Counted from the first letter of the stretch, positions 1-13,785 are shown. The stretch: 64,000 bases of DNA from Syntrophorhabdaceae bacterium (GCA_963666485.2 CAXXUO010000002.1:544001-608000), one strand, 5' to 3'. Notes: generated by a model from the sequence alone, not told the origin. Made by a program: numbers and translations.

Positions 1-129
1 GCGTGTTACTTCAGGTCCGCTTAGATCCATACGGCGGGTTCGATAGACGGGATGCATAGGAATTGGGATAGGTCGCTGGGAGCAAATCTATGGTTCTCTA
101 TAGCAGTGGGGTAACCAACGACACGTCGC

Positions 130-3100
130 ATGAAACGACAATACGCTCTTATTGTTGCAATCCTGTACTCCATCCTTCTTCTCTGCCCGGTCGCACATGC
201 GGGGACTACGTGGGATGGCGGAGGGGCAAACACCAACATCAACACACCCGCAAACTGGGACGATAATGTCAATCCGGCATTTGACGGTACCCAGTCCGTT
301 ACCTTTGCCACGAACGGTACAACCGCCACAATAAACACCAATGTCAGTTTTCTCGGAATCACCGTCAATCGCGACGCTAATTTTACACTAGCTTCCGGAG
401 CGGGGACATTGACGATAGGGACCGCCGGTATAACCGCCAGCCCCTTTACAACTTCTGCAACCAACCGAACATACACCTTCACCACGGGAATCATCCTCGG
501 CAACGACCAGACATGGACGGTGAACAATAACGGGACAGGGACAACCCTGCTTTCCGTTGGCGCCGTTTCAGGGGCCGGGCGCAATTTGATCATCACAGGA
601 ACAGGCAATGCAACCATTTCGGGAATAGTGGGTACGGGGGCCGGGAGCCTCACGAAGAACGGAACCGGCATCCTCACGCTCAGCGCCGCAAATACATATT
701 CGGGCGGGACTACTCTCAACACGGGGACAATCCTTGTGGGCAACAACGCGTCTCTCGGGACAGGGATGCTCACGATCGCAGGCGGTACCCTTGCATCATC
801 AAGTGCGACCGCACGGGCCCTTGCGAACAACATCACCATGACAGGCAACCTCACCCTCGGCCAGGCGGCAGGGGGGACGGGGGTTCTGACGCTGGGCAAT
901 GTCGACTTAGGGGCTGCGACCCGGACGGTCACGGTCAACAACACATCAGACATTTTATCCGGTGTCATATCCGGTACCGGGGGACTGACGAAGGCGGGGA
1001 CAGGTTCTTTGACCTTGAGCAATGCCAATACGTTTTCAGGAGGCACTTTCCTCAATGCCGGCAGCTTCCTTCTCGGGAACAACGCTGCTCTCGGGTCAGG
1101 GACATTGACTGTCGCGGCAGGCACCCTCGCCTCGTCAGATGCAACCGCACACACGATAGCCAACAACACGGTCCTGACAGGCAACCTCACCCTCGGCCAG
1201 GCGGCAGGGGGAACGGGGGCGCTGACGCTCGGCAATGTCGACTTAGGGGCGGTGACCCGGACGGTCACGGTGAACAACGCAGCCGACACCATATCGGGGA
1301 CCATATCGGGCACGGGGGGACTCACGAAGGCGGGGACGGGCACACTGACCCTGTCGGGTAGCAGCACGTACACCGGTGCAACGACGATCAACGCGGGGAC
1401 CCTCCAGTTAGGGACGAACAACGCGCTGACCACGACGACCGCGGTGACCCTCGCGAACACGGCAGGAGCGATCCTTAACCTCAACGGGTTCAACCAGACG
1501 ATCGGGTCGCTGGCCGGGGGAGGGACGACGGGGGGCAACGTATCCTTAGGCGCGGGAACGCTCACGGTGGGTGACGCGACAAACACGACGTATGGCGGTG
1601 TCATAAGCGGTATCGGCGGAACTCTTATAAAGCAGGGGACAGGTGCACTGACATTGAGCAATGCGAACACGTACTCGGGGGGAACGGCCTTGAACGCCGG
1701 CAGCCTCCTTGTCGGGAACAACGCGGCACTCGGGACGGGAACGCTGACGATCGCAGGCGGCACCCTCGCCTCGTCGAGCGCGACGGCAAGGACCCTCGCG
1801 AACAACATCACCATGAACGGGGACGTCATACTCGGCCAGGCGGCAGGGGGGACGGGGGTTCTCACCCTGTCGGGCAATGTCGACCTCGGTGCAGCGACCC
1901 GGACCATCACGGTGAACAACGCAGCCGATACGATAGCGGGGGCCATATCGGGCACAGGGGGACTCGCGAAGGCGGGGACGGGGGCGTTGACCTTGAGCGG
2001 GGTCAACACCTACTCGGGCGGGACCACCCTCAATGCCGGCAGCCTCCTTGTCGGGAGTGACTCCGCGCTGGGGACGGGGACATTGACTGTCTCTGCAGGC
2101 ACCCTTGCCTCCTCTGATGCAGCCGCACACACGATAGCCAACAACACGGTCCTGACAGGCAATGTCACACTCGGCCAGGCTGCAGGGGGAACGGGGGTTC
2201 TCACCCTGTCGGGCAATGTCGACCTCGGTGCGGCCACCCGGACCATCACGGTGAACAACACATCAGACATTTTATCCGGTGTCATATCCGGTACCGGGGG
2301 ACTGACGAAGGCGGGGACAGGTTCTTTGACCTTGAGCAATGCCAATACGTTTTCAGGAGGCACTTTCCTCAATGCCGGCAGCTTCCTTCTCGGGAACAAC
2401 GCTGCTCTCGGGTCAGGGACATTGACTGTCGCGGCAGGCACCCTCGCCTCGTCAGATGCAACCGCACACACGATAGCCAACAACACGGTCCTGACAGGCA
2501 ACCTCACCCTCGGCCAGGCGGCAGGGGGAACGGGGGCGCTGACGCTCGGCAATGTCGACTTAGGGGCGGTGACCCGGACGGTCACGGTGAACAACGCAGC
2601 CGACACCATATCGGGGACCATATCGGGCACGGGGGGACTCACGAAGGCGGGGACGGGCACACTGACCCTGTCGGGTAGCAGCACGTACACCGGTGCAACG
2701 ACGATCAACGCGGGGACCCTCCAGTTAGGGACGAACAACGCGCTGACCACGACGACCGCGGTGACCCTCGCGAACACGGCAGGAGCGATCCTTAACCTCA
2801 ACGGGTTCAACCAGACGATCGGGTCGCTGGCCGGGGGAGGGACGACGGGGGGCAACGTATCCTTAGGCGCGGGAACGCTCACGGTGGGTGACGCGACAAA
2901 CACGACGTATGGCGGTGTCATAAGCGGTATCGGCGGAACTCTTATAAAGCAGGGGACAGGTGCACTGACATTGAGCAATGCGAACACGTACTCGGGGGGA
3001 ACGGCCTTGAACGCCGGCAGCCTCCTTGTCGGGAACAACGCGGCACTCGGGACGGGAACGCTGACGATCGCAGGCGGCACCCTCGCCTCGTCGAGCGCGA

Positions 3101-6100
3101 CGGCAAGGACCCTCGCGAACAACATCACCATGAACGGGGACGTCATACTCGGCCAGGCGGCAGGGGGGACGGGGGTTCTCACCCTGTCGGGCAATGTCGA
3201 CCTCGGTGCAGCGACCCGGACCATCACGGTGAACAACGCAGCCGATACGATAGCGGGGGCCATATCGGGCACAGGGGGACTCGCGAAGGCGGGGACGGGG
3301 GCGTTGACCTTGAGCGGGGTCAACACCTACTCGGGCGGGACCACCCTCAATGCCGGCAGCCTCCTTGTCGGGAGTGACTCCGCGCTGGGGACGGGGACAT
3401 TGACTGTCTCTGCAGGCACCCTTGCCTCCTCTGATGCAGCCGCACACACGATAGCCAACAACACGGTCCTGACAGGCAATGTCACACTCGGCCAGGCTGC
3501 AGGGGGAACGGGGGTTCTCACCCTGTCGGGCAATGTCGACCTCGGTGCGGCCACCCGGACCATCACGGTGAACAACACATCAGACATTTTATCCGGTGTC
3601 ATATCCGGTACCGGGGGACTGACGAAGGCGGGGACGGGCACACTGACCCTGTCGGGTAGCAGCACGTACACCGGTGCAACGACGATCAACGCGGGGACCC
3701 TCCAGTTAGGGACGAACAACGCGCTGACCACGACGACCGCGGTGACCCTCGCGAACACGGCAGGAGCGATCCTTAACCTCAACGGGTTCAACCAGACGAT
3801 CGGGTCGCTGGCCGGGGGAGGGACGACGGGGGGCAACGTATCCTTAGGCGCGGGAACGCTCACGGTGGGTGACGCGACAAACACGACGTATGGCGGTGTC
3901 ATAAGCGGTATCGGCGGAACTCTTATAAAGCAGGGGACAGGTGCACTGACATTGAGCAATGCGAACACGTACTCGGGGGGAACGGCCTTGAACGCCGGCA
4001 GCCTCCTTGTCGGGAACAACGCGGCACTCGGGACGGGAACGCTGACGATCGCAGGCGGCACCCTCGCCTCGTCGAGCGCGACGGCAAGGACCCTCGCGAA
4101 CAACATCACCATGAACGGGGACGTCATACTCGGCCAGGCGGCAGGGGGGACGGGGGTTCTCACCCTGTCGGGCAATGTCGACCTCGGTGCAGCGACCCGG
4201 ACCATCACGGTGAACAACACATCAGACATTTTATCCGGTGTCATATCCGGTACCGGGGGACTGACGAAGGCGGGGACAGGTTCTTTGACCTTGAGCAATG
4301 CCAATACGTTTTCAGGAGGCACTTTCCTCAATGCCGGCAGCCTCCTTCTCGGGAGTGACTCCGCACTCGGGACGGGGACATTGACTGTCGCGGCAGGCAC
4401 CCTCGCCTCCTCTGATGCAACCGCACACACGATAGCCAACAACACGGTCCTGACAGGCAATGTCACCCTCGGCCAGGCGGCAGGGGGAACGGGGGCGCTG
4501 ACGCTCGGCAATGTCGACTTAGGGGCGGTGACCCGGACGGTCACGGTGAACAACGCAGCCGACACCATATCGGGGACCATATCGGGCACGGGGGGACTCA
4601 CGAAGGCGGGGACGGGCACACTGACCCTGTCGGGTAGCAGCACGTACACCGGTGCAACGACGATCAACGCGGGGACCCTCCAGTTAGGGACGAACAACGC
4701 GCTGACCACGACGACCGCGGTGACCCTCGCGAACACGGCAGGAGCGATCCTTAACCTCAACGGTTTCAGCCAGACGATCGGGTCGCTGGCCGGGGGAGGG
4801 ACGACGGGGGGCAACGTATCCTTAGGCGCGGGAACGCTCACGGTGGGTGACGCGACAAACACGACGTATGGCGGGGTTATAAGCGGGACAGGCTCTCTCG
4901 TCAAGCAGGGCGCCGGGGCGCTCACCTTGAGCAATGCGAACACGTACTCGGGGGGCACGTTCCTCAACGCGGGGACTTTACTCGCAGGGAACAACGCATC
5001 GCTCGGGACGGGAACGCTGACGATCGCAGGCGGCACCCTCGCCTCGTCGAGCGCGACAGCACGGACACTCGCGAACAACATCACCATGAACGGGGACGTC
5101 ACACTCGGCCAGGCTGCAGGAGGGACGGGGGCCCTGACGCTGTCGGGCGGCGTAAGCCTTGCGGCAGGCACTCATCAAATAACAGTGGACAATGCTGCCG
5201 ATACGCTGTCCGGTGTCATATCCGGTACCGGGGGACTGACGAAGGCGGGAACCGGCTCTTTGACCTTAAGCAATGCAAATACCTACTCAGGTGGCACCAC
5301 TCTGAACGCCGGCAGCTTGCTTCTTGGGAACAACACAGCGCTGGGTGCGGGAACCCTGACGATCGGCGGCGGCACCCTGGCCTCGTCGAGCGCCACAGCC
5401 CTGACCATCTCGAACAACATCACCATGAACGGTGACGTCACCCTCGGCCAGGCGGCAGGGGGGACGGGGGCGCTGACGCTCGGCAATGTCGACTTAGGGG
5501 CGGTGACCCGGACGGTCACGGTGAACAACGCAGCCGACACGATATCGGGGACCATATCGGGGACGGGGGGACTCACAAAGGCGGGGACCGGTACACTGAC
5601 CCTGTCGGGCAACAGCACGTACACCGGTGCGACGACGATCAACGCGGGAACCCTCCAGTTGGGGACGAACAACGCGCTGACGGCGACGACCGCACTTACC
5701 CTCGCGAACACGGCAGGCGCGGTCCTTAATCTCAACGGGTTCAATCAGACGATCGGGTCGCTTGCCGGGGGCGGGACGACGGGCGGCAACGTATCTCTGG
5801 GCGCGGGAACGCTCACGGTGGGCGACGCGACAAGCACGACGTATGGCGGTGTCATAAGCGGTATCGGCGGAACTCTTATAAAGCAGGGCGCCGGGGCGCT
5901 CACCTTGAGCAACGCGAGCACGTACTCGGGGGGGACTTTCCTCAACGCGGGGACTTTACTCGCAGGGAACAACGCGGCACTCGGGACGGGGACATTGACT
6001 GTCGCGGCAGGCACCCTCGCCTCGTCGAGCGCAACCGCACGGACACTGGCAAACAACATCACCATGAACGGTGACGTCACACTCGGCCAGGCTGCAGGAG

Positions 6101-9100
6101 GGACGGGCGTGCTGACGCTGTCGGGCGGCGTAAGCCTTGCGGCAGGCACTCATCAAATAACAGTGGATAATGCTGCCGATACGCTGTCCGGTGTCATATC
6201 CGGTACCGGGGGACTGACGAAGGCGGGAACCGGCTCTTTGACCTTAAGCAATGCAAATACGTACTCGGGGGGGACTTTCCTGAACGCGGGGACTTTACTC
6301 GCAGGGAACAACGCGGCGCTCGGGACGGGGACATTGACTGTCGCGGCTGGCACCCTGGCCTCGTCGAGCGCAACCGCACGGACGCTCGCAAACAACATCG
6401 TCATGAACGGTGACGTCACACTCGGCCAGGCGGCAGGGGGGACGGGGACGCTGACCCTGTCGGGCGGCGTAAGCCTTGCGGCAGGCACTCATCAAATAAC
6501 AGTGGACAATGCTGCCGATACGCTGTCCGGTGTCATATCGGGCACCGGGGGACTGACGAAGGCGGGGACAGGTTCTTTGACCTTAAGCAATGCCAATACG
6601 TACTCGGGGGGGACTTTCCTGAACGCGGGGACTTTACTCGCAGGGAACAACGCGGCGCTCGGGACGGGGACATTGACTGTCGCGGCAGGCACCCTCGCCT
6701 CGTCGAGCGCAACCGCACGGACACTGGCAAACAACATCGTCATGAACGGGGACGTCATACTCGGCCAGGCGGCAGGGGGAACGGGGGTTCTCACCCTGTC
6801 GGGCGGCGTAAGCCTTGCGGCAGGCACTCATCAAATAACAGTGGACAATGCTGCCGATACGCTGTCCGGTGTCATATCGGGCACCGGGGGACTGACGAAG
6901 GCGGGGACGGGTACACTGACCCTGGGCAATGCAAATACCTACTCTGGTGACACCACTCTGAACGTCGGCAGCTTGCTTCTTGGGAACAACACAGCGCTGG
7001 GTGCGGGAACCCTGACGATCGGCGGCGGCACCCTGGCCTCGTCGAGCGCCACAGCCCTGACCATCTCGAACAACATCACCATGAACGGTGACGTCACCCT
7101 CGGCCAGGCGGCAGGGGGGACGGGGGCGCTGACCCTGTCGGGGACCATGGACCTAGGGACCGTCACCCGGACGATCACGGTCAACAACACCGCTGATACC
7201 ATATCGGGGACCATATCCGGCACCGGGGGACTGACGAAGGCGGGAACGGGTACACTGACCCTGTCGGGCAACAGCACGTACACCGGTGCAACGACGATCA
7301 ACGCGGGTATATTGAGGATGGGGATCGCGAATGCGCTCTCTTCCTCGACCGCGGTATCAACGGCTGCAGGGACGACGTTTGATCTTAACAGCTTCAGTCA
7401 GACGATTGGTTCCCTTTCCGGGGCAGGAGGCACTGTCGCTCTTGGCGCGGGGACGCTCACGGTGGGTGACGGGACAAGCACGACCTATGGCGGTGTCATA
7501 AGCGGGACAGGCTCTCTCGTCAAGCAGGGCGCCGGGGCACTGACCCTGGGCAACGCGAGCACGTACTCGGGGGGAACGGCCTTGAACGCCGGCAGCCTCC
7601 TTGTCGGGAACAACGCAGCGCTGGGGACGGGAACTCTGACAATCGGCGGCGGCACCCTCGCCTCGCCGGACGCAACCGCACACACGATAGCCAACAACAT
7701 CATCATCAACGGGGACGTCGCGCTCGGCCAGGCTGCAGGAGGGACGGGCGTGCTGACGCTGTCGGGCGGCGTAAGCCTTGCGGCAGGCACTCATCAAATA
7801 ACAGTGGACAATGCTGCCGATACGCTGTCCGGTGTCATATCCGGTACCGGGGGACTGACGAAGGCGGGAACCGGCTCTTTGACCTTAAGCAATGCAAATA
7901 CGTACTCGGGGGGGACTTTCCTGAACGCGGGGACTTTACTCGCAGGGAACAACGCGGCGCTCGGGACGGGGACATTGACTGTCGCGGCTGGCACCCTGGC
8001 CTCGTCGAGCGCAACCGCACGGACGCTCGCAAACAACATCGTCATGAACGGTGACGTCACACTCGGCCAGGCGGCAGGGGGGACGGGGACGCTGACCCTG
8101 TCGGGCGGCGTAAGCCTTGCGGCAGGCACTCATCAAATAACAGTGGACAATGCTGCCGATACGCTGTCCGGTGTCATATCGGGCACCGGGGGACTGACGA
8201 AGGCGGGGACCGGTACACTGACCCTGTCGGGCAACAGCACGTACACCGGTGCGACGACGATCAACGCGGGAACCCTCCAGTTGGGGACGAACAACGCGCT
8301 GACGGCGACGACCGCACTTACCCTCGCGAACACGGCAGGCGCGGTCCTTAATCTCAACGGGTTCAATCAGACGATCGGGTCGCTTGCCGGGGGCGGGACG
8401 ACGGGCGGCAACGTATCTCTGGGGGCCGGAACGCTCACGGTGGGTGACGCGACAAGCACGACCTATGGCGGGGTTATAAGCGGGACAGGCTCTCTCGTCA
8501 AGCAGGGCGCCGGGGCGCTCACCTTGAGCAATGCGAACACGTACTCGGGGGGCACGTTCCTCAACGCGGGGACTTTACTCGCAGGGAACAACGCGGCGCT
8601 CGGGACGGGGACATTGACTGTCGCGGCTGGCACCCTCGCCTCGTCGAGCGCAACCGCACGGACACTGGCAAACAACATCGTCATGAACGGTGACGTCACA
8701 CTCGGCCAGGCGGCAGGGGGGACGGGGACGCTGACCCTGTCGGGCGGCGTAAGCCTTGCGGCAGGCGCTCATCAGATAACAGTAGATAATGCTGCCGACA
8801 CCCTGTCCGGTGTCATAAGCGGGACAGGCTCTCTCGTCAAGCAGGGTACCGGGGCACTGACATTGAGCAATGCGAACACGTACTCCGGGGGAACGGCCTT
8901 GAACGCCGGCAGCCTCCTTGTCGGGAACAACGCAGCGCTCGGGACGGGGACGCTCACGATCGCAGGCGGCACCCTCGCCTCCTCTGATGCAACCGCGCAC
9001 ACGATAGCCAACAACACATTCCTGACCGGCAACCTGACCCTCGGCCAGGCGGCAGGGGGGACGGGCGTGCTGACGCTCGGCAATGTCGACCTCGGGGCAG

Positions 9101-11172
9101 CGACCCGGACGGTCACGGTGAACAACGCAGCCGATACCATAGCGGGGACCATATCGGGGACGGGGGGACTCACAAAGGCGGGGACCGGGACACTGACCCT
9201 GTCCGGCAACAGCACGTACACCGGTGCGACGACGATCAACGCGGGAACCCTCCAGTTGGGGACGAACAACGCGCTGACGGCGACGACCGCACTTACCCTC
9301 GCGAACACGGCAGGCGCGGTCCTTAATCTCAACGGGTTCAATCAGACGATCGGGTCGCTTGCCGGGGGCGGGACGACGGGCGGCAACGTATCTCTGGGGG
9401 CCGGAACGCTCACGGTGGGTGACGCGACAAGCACGACCTATGGCGGGGTTATAAGCGGGACAGGCTCTCTCGTAAAAAACGGAGCCGGGACCTTTACGCT
9501 TACAGGGAACAACTCATACGCGGGTGACACGACGATCAACTCCGGAACGCTCGCAGTGACCGGCGGCATATCAGGTACAGTTCGGATAAGTGCGGCAGGG
9601 ACCCTGACCGGGAGCGGCGGCATCGCGGGACCTGTGATCAATTCCGGAACGATCGCACCGGGACCATCGTTCGGGACGATGGCAGTGAATTCATATACGC
9701 ATAATCCCGGCGCCACTTTCCGGGTGACGGTCAACGATGCGGGCCAATCGGGTAAACTGGTCGTGACGAGCGGCGCGACATTGAACGGCGGCACCGTTTC
9801 CGTACTGGCCGATTCCGGTTCATACAATACAAATATGAAATATACGATACTTACGGCCGGCAGCGTGACGGGAACTTTTTCGACCGTAACAAACAATCTC
9901 GCATTTCTCACACCGAGCCTGATATATGATGCGACCCATGTGTATCTCAACTTGAACAGGAACACTACCTCTTTCGCGGGTGTGGCACTGCCGGGGAATG
10001 AATATTCTGTCGCTTCAGCTATCGACAGGATCTCGTCATCGGCGACCGGCGACATGGAAACCATTATTTCGACATTGCTTGGACTGAGCACTCCGGCCGC
10101 CCGGGCCGCGTACGATCAGATGGGCGGATTGAGCTATACCACAATGGCGGGGGCCGCATTTTTTTCGTCCGGCCAGTACATGCGGGCACTTTCCGGGAGG
10201 ATGGAGGGTTTCCTGAACGGCAGCTTCAGGTCCATGTATTCCGGACAACCACTGCGGCTCGCATTGCGCACGGACATTGCGAATGACGGGACACCCGGTA
10301 TTCCCGGGATGACAGGAGGGCCCCCGGAAAATAAAGAAAATCATTCACAGGGCCTCTGGATGACAATGTACGGTGGGACGGGTGAACGGACGGGAAACGA
10401 TATTTCGTCCCGATACAATTATGACCTCTGGGGGGTCCTCGGAGGGTTTGACCGGCAGGTATCCAGAAATCTTCTGCTCGGGATGTCCCTCGGTTATTCG
10501 GATACGAGAACCTCGATGAAAGACCTTGCGGACAATGCGAAAATTGGCAGCTACCAGGGTTCCGTGTACGGCGCGTATAAGAAAGGCCCCTGGCATATGA
10601 GCGGGATAATGACCTATGGGTATAACCGGTTCGACACGACCAGGCATATGTCCTTTGGAGACATCTCGCGCCGCGCAACGGCATCGTATCCCGGGTATAC
10701 TTTTGGGGCTTACCTCGAAGGAGGGGTCACGCTCAAGATGCTGTGCCTTGATGTTATCCCCGGCGCATCCTTATCGGGGATCCGCCTGAAACGCGACAGC
10801 TTTACCGAGCGTGATGCGGGGGCTTTAAACCTCGATGTAGACAGCGATGTTGCGTATTCTTTCCAGAGCGCTCTCGGCCTCACCCTCCGAAAACCTGTCG
10901 CGCTGGTGTCGGGCACGATCACGCCCGAGGTCAGGGCGATGTGGATCCACGAATTTGCAAACGGCGATTATGCAGTAAACAGCTCATTTGCCGGCTACCC
11001 TCTTTCATATTTCACCGTCAGGAGCGAGAGGCCTTTCCGGGATAGTTTTTCCCCGGGTGCCGGGATCTCCTGGCAAACGGACAATATCCGGTTCACGATA
11101 TCATACGACGGGAACTTCTCCGGTGATACCCGGGAGCATCGGGGTACGCTGGTTGTGCGGTATGCGTGGTGA
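130..11172 (+). CDS. Giant autotransporter (type Va) with autotransporter-associated beta-strand (PATR-like) repeats, 3680 aa
   Basis: Signal peptide ending AHA; dozens of G-x-LxKxGxGxLTLSxxNTYSGGT repeats; C-terminal ~280-aa beta-barrel with alternating hydrophobic residues ending VVRYAW. Confidence 0.93.
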   Translation: MKRQYALIVAILYSILLLCPVAHAGTTWDGGGANTNINTPANWDDNVNPAFDGTQSVTFATNGTTATINTNVSFLGITVNRDANFTLASGAGTLTIGTAGITASPFTTSATNRTYTFTTGIILGNDQTWTVNNNGTGTTLLSVGAVSGAGRNLIITGTGNATISGIVGTGAGSLTKNGTGILTLSAANTYSGGTTLNTGTILVGNNASLGTGMLTIAGGTLASSSATARALANNITMTGNLTLGQAAGGTGVLTLGNVDLGAATRTVTVNNTSDILSGVISGTGGLTKAGTGSLTLSNANTFSGGTFLNAGSFLLGNNAALGSGTLTVAAGTLASSDATAHTIANNTVLTGNLTLGQAAGGTGALTLGNVDLGAVTRTVTVNNAADTISGTISGTGGLTKAGTGTLTLSGSSTYTGATTINAGTLQLGTNNALTTTTAVTLANTAGAILNLNGFNQTIGSLAGGGTTGGNVSLGAGTLTVGDATNTTYGGVISGIGGTLIKQGTGALTLSNANTYSGGTALNAGSLLVGNNAALGTGTLTIAGGTLASSSATARTLANNITMNGDVILGQAAGGTGVLTLSGNVDLGAATRTITVNNAADTIAGAISGTGGLAKAGTGALTLSGVNTYSGGTTLNAGSLLVGSDSALGTGTLTVSAGTLASSDAAAHTIANNTVLTGNVTLGQAAGGTGVLTLSGNVDLGAATRTITVNNTSDILSGVISGTGGLTKAGTGSLTLSNANTFSGGTFLNAGSFLLGNNAALGSGTLTVAAGTLASSDATAHTIANNTVLTGNLTLGQAAGGTGALTLGNVDLGAVTRTVTVNNAADTISGTISGTGGLTKAGTGTLTLSGSSTYTGATTINAGTLQLGTNNALTTTTAVTLANTAGAILNLNGFNQTIGSLAGGGTTGGNVSLGAGTLTVGDATNTTYGGVISGIGGTLIKQGTGALTLSNANTYSGGTALNAGSLLVGNNAALGTGTLTIAGGTLASSSATARTLANNITMNGDVILGQAAGGTGVLTLSGNVDLGAATRTITVNNAADTIAGAISGTGGLAKAGTGALTLSGVNTYSGGTTLNAGSLLVGSDSALGTGTLTVSAGTLASSDAAAHTIANNTVLTGNVTLGQAAGGTGVLTLSGNVDLGAATRTITVNNTSDILSGVISGTGGLTKAGTGTLTLSGSSTYTGATTINAGTLQLGTNNALTTTTAVTLANTAGAILNLNGFNQTIGSLAGGGTTGGNVSLGAGTLTVGDATNTTYGGVISGIGGTLIKQGTGALTLSNANTYSGGTALNAGSLLVGNNAALGTGTLTIAGGTLASSSATARTLANNITMNGDVILGQAAGGTGVLTLSGNVDLGAATRTITVNNTSDILSGVISGTGGLTKAGTGSLTLSNANTFSGGTFLNAGSLLLGSDSALGTGTLTVAAGTLASSDATAHTIANNTVLTGNVTLGQAAGGTGALTLGNVDLGAVTRTVTVNNAADTISGTISGTGGLTKAGTGTLTLSGSSTYTGATTINAGTLQLGTNNALTTTTAVTLANTAGAILNLNGFSQTIGSLAGGGTTGGNVSLGAGTLTVGDATNTTYGGVISGTGSLVKQGAGALTLSNANTYSGGTFLNAGTLLAGNNASLGTGTLTIAGGTLASSSATARTLANNITMNGDVTLGQAAGGTGALTLSGGVSLAAGTHQITVDNAADTLSGVISGTGGLTKAGTGSLTLSNANTYSGGTTLNAGSLLLGNNTALGAGTLTIGGGTLASSSATALTISNNITMNGDVTLGQAAGGTGALTLGNVDLGAVTRTVTVNNAADTISGTISGTGGLTKAGTGTLTLSGNSTYTGATTINAGTLQLGTNNALTATTALTLANTAGAVLNLNGFNQTIGSLAGGGTTGGNVSLGAGTLTVGDATSTTYGGVISGIGGTLIKQGAGALTLSNASTYSGGTFLNAGTLLAGNNAALGTGTLTVAAGTLASSSATARTLANNITMNGDVTLGQAAGGTGVLTLSGGVSLAAGTHQITVDNAADTLSGVISGTGGLTKAGTGSLTLSNANTYSGGTFLNAGTLLAGNNAALGTGTLTVAAGTLASSSATARTLANNIVMNGDVTLGQAAGGTGTLTLSGGVSLAAGTHQITVDNAADTLSGVISGTGGLTKAGTGSLTLSNANTYSGGTFLNAGTLLAGNNAALGTGTLTVAAGTLASSSATARTLANNIVMNGDVILGQAAGGTGVLTLSGGVSLAAGTHQITVDNAADTLSGVISGTGGLTKAGTGTLTLGNANTYSGDTTLNVGSLLLGNNTALGAGTLTIGGGTLASSSATALTISNNITMNGDVTLGQAAGGTGALTLSGTMDLGTVTRTITVNNTADTISGTISGTGGLTKAGTGTLTLSGNSTYTGATTINAGILRMGIANALSSSTAVSTAAGTTFDLNSFSQTIGSLSGAGGTVALGAGTLTVGDGTSTTYGGVISGTGSLVKQGAGALTLGNASTYSGGTALNAGSLLVGNNAALGTGTLTIGGGTLASPDATAHTIANNIIINGDVALGQAAGGTGVLTLSGGVSLAAGTHQITVDNAADTLSGVISGTGGLTKAGTGSLTLSNANTYSGGTFLNAGTLLAGNNAALGTGTLTVAAGTLASSSATARTLANNIVMNGDVTLGQAAGGTGTLTLSGGVSLAAGTHQITVDNAADTLSGVISGTGGLTKAGTGTLTLSGNSTYTGATTINAGTLQLGTNNALTATTALTLANTAGAVLNLNGFNQTIGSLAGGGTTGGNVSLGAGTLTVGDATSTTYGGVISGTGSLVKQGAGALTLSNANTYSGGTFLNAGTLLAGNNAALGTGTLTVAAGTLASSSATARTLANNIVMNGDVTLGQAAGGTGTLTLSGGVSLAAGAHQITVDNAADTLSGVISGTGSLVKQGTGALTLSNANTYSGGTALNAGSLLVGNNAALGTGTLTIAGGTLASSDATAHTIANNTFLTGNLTLGQAAGGTGVLTLGNVDLGAATRTVTVNNAADTIAGTISGTGGLTKAGTGTLTLSGNSTYTGATTINAGTLQLGTNNALTATTALTLANTAGAVLNLNGFNQTIGSLAGGGTTGGNVSLGAGTLTVGDATSTTYGGVISGTGSLVKNGAGTFTLTGNNSYAGDTTINSGTLAVTGGISGTVRISAAGTLTGSGGIAGPVINSGTIAPGPSFGTMAVNSYTHNPGATFRVTVNDAGQSGKLVVTSGATLNGGTVSVLADSGSYNTNMKYTILTAGSVTGTFSTVTNNLAFLTPSLIYDATHVYLNLNRNTTSFAGVALPGNEYSVASAIDRISSSATGDMETIISTLLGLSTPAARAAYDQMGGLSYTTMAGAAFFSSGQYMRALSGRMEGFLNGSFRSMYSGQPLRLALRTDIANDGTPGIPGMTGGPPENKENHSQGLWMTMYGGTGERTGNDISSRYNYDLWGVLGGFDRQVSRNLLLGMSLGYSDTRTSMKDLADNAKIGSYQGSVYGAYKKGPWHMSGIMTYGYNRFDTTRHMSFGDISRRATASYPGYTFGAYLEGGVTLKMLCLDVIPGASLSGIRLKRDSFTERDAGALNLDVDSDVAYSFQSALGLTLRKPVALVSGTITPEVRAMWIHEFANGDYAVNSSFAGYPLSYFTVRSERPFRDSFSPGAGISWQTDNIRFTISYDGNFSGDTREHRGTLVVRYAW
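937..3635 (+). repeat. Near-exact 1317-bp tandem duplication inside the autotransporter, built from ~336-339-bp modules
   Basis: AACAACACATCAGACATTTT begins at 937, 2254 and 3571; identical antisense ORFs 1546-2130 and 2863-3447 are offset by 1317. Confidence 0.9.
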
Positions 11173-11184
11173 GTTGCGCCGACC

Positions 11185-12561
11185 CTATTTCACGTATTTT
11201 TTCTTAAGAAATTCAAGGCCCGTCATCGGATACAGGGCATAGACCAGGACATCGCCCGTGTCCCGTGTCAGGTCCTTCAATGCCTCGCGCGCAGCCGGCA
11301 TCTCCGGTTGAAGGGTATCGGCGGGACGTATATCTATCGGGGTTGTTCCCAGGTGATACCCTTTGAGCGCTTTTGCCCTGATCTCTTCGTTCACGGTTCC
11401 CGGGGGGCGGCCGTACAGGCCGTAGAAGTAATCTTTCACCTCGTTCGAGATCATCTTGTAGCGCCCCATGATCACGTTGAAAACGGACTGGACGCCCACG
11501 ATCTGGCTCGAGGGCGTGACGAGCGGGGGAAACCCCATGTCCTGCCTCGTCCTGGGTATCTCGTCAAAGACCTCGTCGAGCCTGTGAAGCGCCTTTGCCT
11601 GCTCCAGCTGACTGACCAGGTTCGTTATCATCCCGCCCGGGATCTGGTGCATGATGACACTGATATCATTGCCGGCATGATGCGTGGCATCTGCAAATGA
11701 CCGCAACTTCGTGGGAATGATCCCCTCGAGGTAACGGTCAACCTCCGAAATGGGTGCGAGGTCAAGTCCCGGATCGAACGGACTGTCCTTGAGAGCGACG
11801 AGCAGCGGTTCGACGGGTGAATGCGATGAACGATAGGAGAACGGGGCAAGACAGGTATCGACCCCGTCGGCGCCGGCCTCTATCGCATTTATGATGGACA
11901 TTGAAGCCATGCCGCTCGTGTAGTGCGAGTGAAGGTGAACAGGGATGGAAATGCTTTCTTTCAGGCGGGAGATCAGGTCAAATGAATCAAAAGGCGATAA
12001 AATGCCCGCCATGTCCTTTATGCAGAGCGAATCCGCTCCCATGTCCTCTATCTGTCGCGCCTTGTCCACGTAATAGTCCATGGTGTAAATCGGCCCGCCG
12101 AGCCGTCTTTCCGTCAGCGAATAGCAGATCGTTCCCTGGATATGCCTGCCGCATCTCTTGATCGCATTGTACGCCGCACTGCAATTGCGCTGGTCATTCA
12201 AGGCGTCGAAAACGCGGAAAATATCGATACCGACGTCACAACAATGTTCAATGAACGCGTCAACAACATCATCCGCGTAGTTTCGGTACCCGACCAGGTT
12301 CTGTCCCCGGAGCAGCATCTGGAACTTTGTCTTCGGCATCCTTTCCTTGAGGAGCCGGACCCTTTCCCACGGATCTTCGTTGAGGAACCGGGTCATGACG
12401 TCGAACGTGGCCCCGCCCCACATCTCGATGGAGTAGAAACCCACGGAATCCAGTTTTTCCGCGATCGGCAGCATGTCCTCGGTCCTCATGCGTGTCGCAA
12501 ACAGCGACTGCTGGCCGTCCCTCAAGGTAAGATCCGTTATCTTTACCGGTTTCTTTTCCAT
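11185..12561 (-). CDS. Pyruvate/oxaloacetate carboxyltransferase (PycB/OadA/transcarboxylase 5S-like), no biotinyl domain
   Basis: TLRDGQQSL, MWGGATFD, LCIKDM, HLHSH, HQIPGGM and PPLVTPSSQIVG motifs; 458 aa with no AMKM biotin motif. Confidence 0.88.
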   Translation of the reverse strand: MEKKPVKITDLTLRDGQQSLFATRMRTEDMLPIAEKLDSVGFYSIEMWGGATFDVMTRFLNEDPWERVRLLKERMPKTKFQMLLRGQNLVGYRNYADDVVDAFIEHCCDVGIDIFRVFDALNDQRNCSAAYNAIKRCGRHIQGTICYSLTERRLGGPIYTMDYYVDKARQIEDMGADSLCIKDMAGILSPFDSFDLISRLKESISIPVHLHSHYTSGMASMSIINAIEAGADGVDTCLAPFSYRSSHSPVEPLLVALKDSPFDPGLDLAPISEVDRYLEGIIPTKLRSFADATHHAGNDISVIMHQIPGGMITNLVSQLEQAKALHRLDEVFDEIPRTRQDMGFPPLVTPSSQIVGVQSVFNVIMGRYKMISNEVKDYFYGLYGRPPGTVNEEIRAKALKGYHLGTTPIDIRPADTLQPEMPAAREALKDLTRDTGDVLVYALYPMTGLEFLKKKYVK

Positions 12562-12653
12562 CGTCCCTGCCCCCTTTTGAAGTTTGCATTACATCACGGC
12601 AACCATGAAAAATCAATGGAAATTTTCGTTCAAGTCTGCTATTTTAATGCCTA

Positions 12654-12729
12654 CGGGATGTAGCTCAGCATGGTGTAGAGCGCTTGCTTCGGGAGCAAGA
12701 GGCCGCTGGTTCAAATCCAGTCATCCCGA
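12654..12729 (+). tRNA. tRNA-Pro(CGG), CCA not encoded
   Basis: Acceptor CGGGATG/CATCCCG; anticodon arm CTTGC-TT-CGG-GA-GCAAG; T arm GCTGG-TTCAAAT-CCAGT. Confidence 0.95.
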
Positions 12730-12900
12730 TAAAATCTCCCCCTTCTTCAACTCAACACTCAACATTTAACGCTTAACACCGGCCCATGATTGTAATGATT
12801 ATTCATTACACCGTGCCGCCAATATCACTACACAACTATTAATCCTTGACGCGACAGACAAGGCGAGTCCGAACAGATATTCTATAGTTCGGGTGACCTC

Positions 12901-13785
12901 ATGCGGCTTGCGTTCAGTACAAATGCCTTTGTACGCCATAATCTTATTGATGCGATCACATTCATCGCTGCCTGCGGATATACGGGGATAGAGATCTTGG
13001 CAGACAAGCCCCATCTTTTTGTCAACAACACGAGCGAAAAAAGGCTGGACGAGATCAAAAGAAGGATCCTGGTCGAAGGGCTCTCCCTGTGCAATCTCAA
13101 CACAAATACGGTAATGGGTTTCTATGAGACCTACATTCCCGAGACCATATTCGAGCCGTCTTTGTCCAACCCCGTGCGTTCCGCCCGGGATTTCAGGATC
13201 GAATATTCAAAGAAATGCATCGATATTGCCCATGTACTTGGCGCTCCGTCTATCAGCGTGACATCGGGGCGGCCGCATCCGGGAATCCACCCGGATGAAT
13301 CGTTCGAGACGCTTGTCGACTCCATACGAACGGTCTGTGCACATGCGGAGAAAACCGACACCAGGGTCGCCATGGAGTATGAACCGGGATTGTTGATAGA
13401 ATCTGCACCAGAGCTGGCGACGCTTATCGAGGCCGTCGACCATCCCCTCTTCGGGGCCAACCTCGATGTCGGGCATTCCCGGGTGATCGGCGAAGACCTC
13501 GCCGAGGTGATCAAGCTCCTCGGGCGGTCCATCTTTCATGTCCATATTGAGGATATCCGCGGAAGGAAACACTATCATCTTATCCCGGGCCTCGGGGACA
13601 TGGATTTCCGGTATATATTCAGTCTTTTGTCCGAGTCCGGCTACCGGGGGTTTACGACTGTGGAGCTATACACGTACCCGCAAAAACCCTATGAAGCGGC
13701 ACAACGGGCGATAGAGTACCTGGAGCCTTTTTCCCTTGTCGAACATGATGCGGGTTGCGGGAGTTTAAAGAGGCAATCCTCATGA
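12901..13785 (+). CDS. Sugar phosphate isomerase/epimerase (xylose-isomerase-like TIM barrel)
   Basis: EYEPG, LDVGH, HVHIED, HLIPGLG and TVELY metal-binding motifs. Confidence 0.85.
   Translation: MRLAFSTNAFVRHNLIDAITFIAACGYTGIEILADKPHLFVNNTSEKRLDEIKRRILVEGLSLCNLNTNTVMGFYETYIPETIFEPSLSNPVRSARDFRIEYSKKCIDIAHVLGAPSISVTSGRPHPGIHPDESFETLVDSIRTVCAHAEKTDTRVAMEYEPGLLIESAPELATLIEAVDHPLFGANLDVGHSRVIGEDLAEVIKLLGRSIFHVHIEDIRGRKHYHLIPGLGDMDFRYIFSLLSESGYRGFTTVELYTYPQKPYEAAQRAIEYLEPFSLVEHDAGCGSLKRQSS

Noticed and set aside
1..129. Possible riboswitch (e.g. c-di-GMP) upstream of the autotransporter
   Set aside because: Only a short hairpin (CTATGG-TTCT-CTATAG) is visible; no convincing aptamer consensus, and the region is cut by the window edge.
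21..10091. Long antisense ORFs (up to 662 aa) opposite the autotransporter
   Set aside because: Shadow frames produced by the repetitive Gly/Thr/Ala codon pattern; they repeat with the same period and show no independent protein features.
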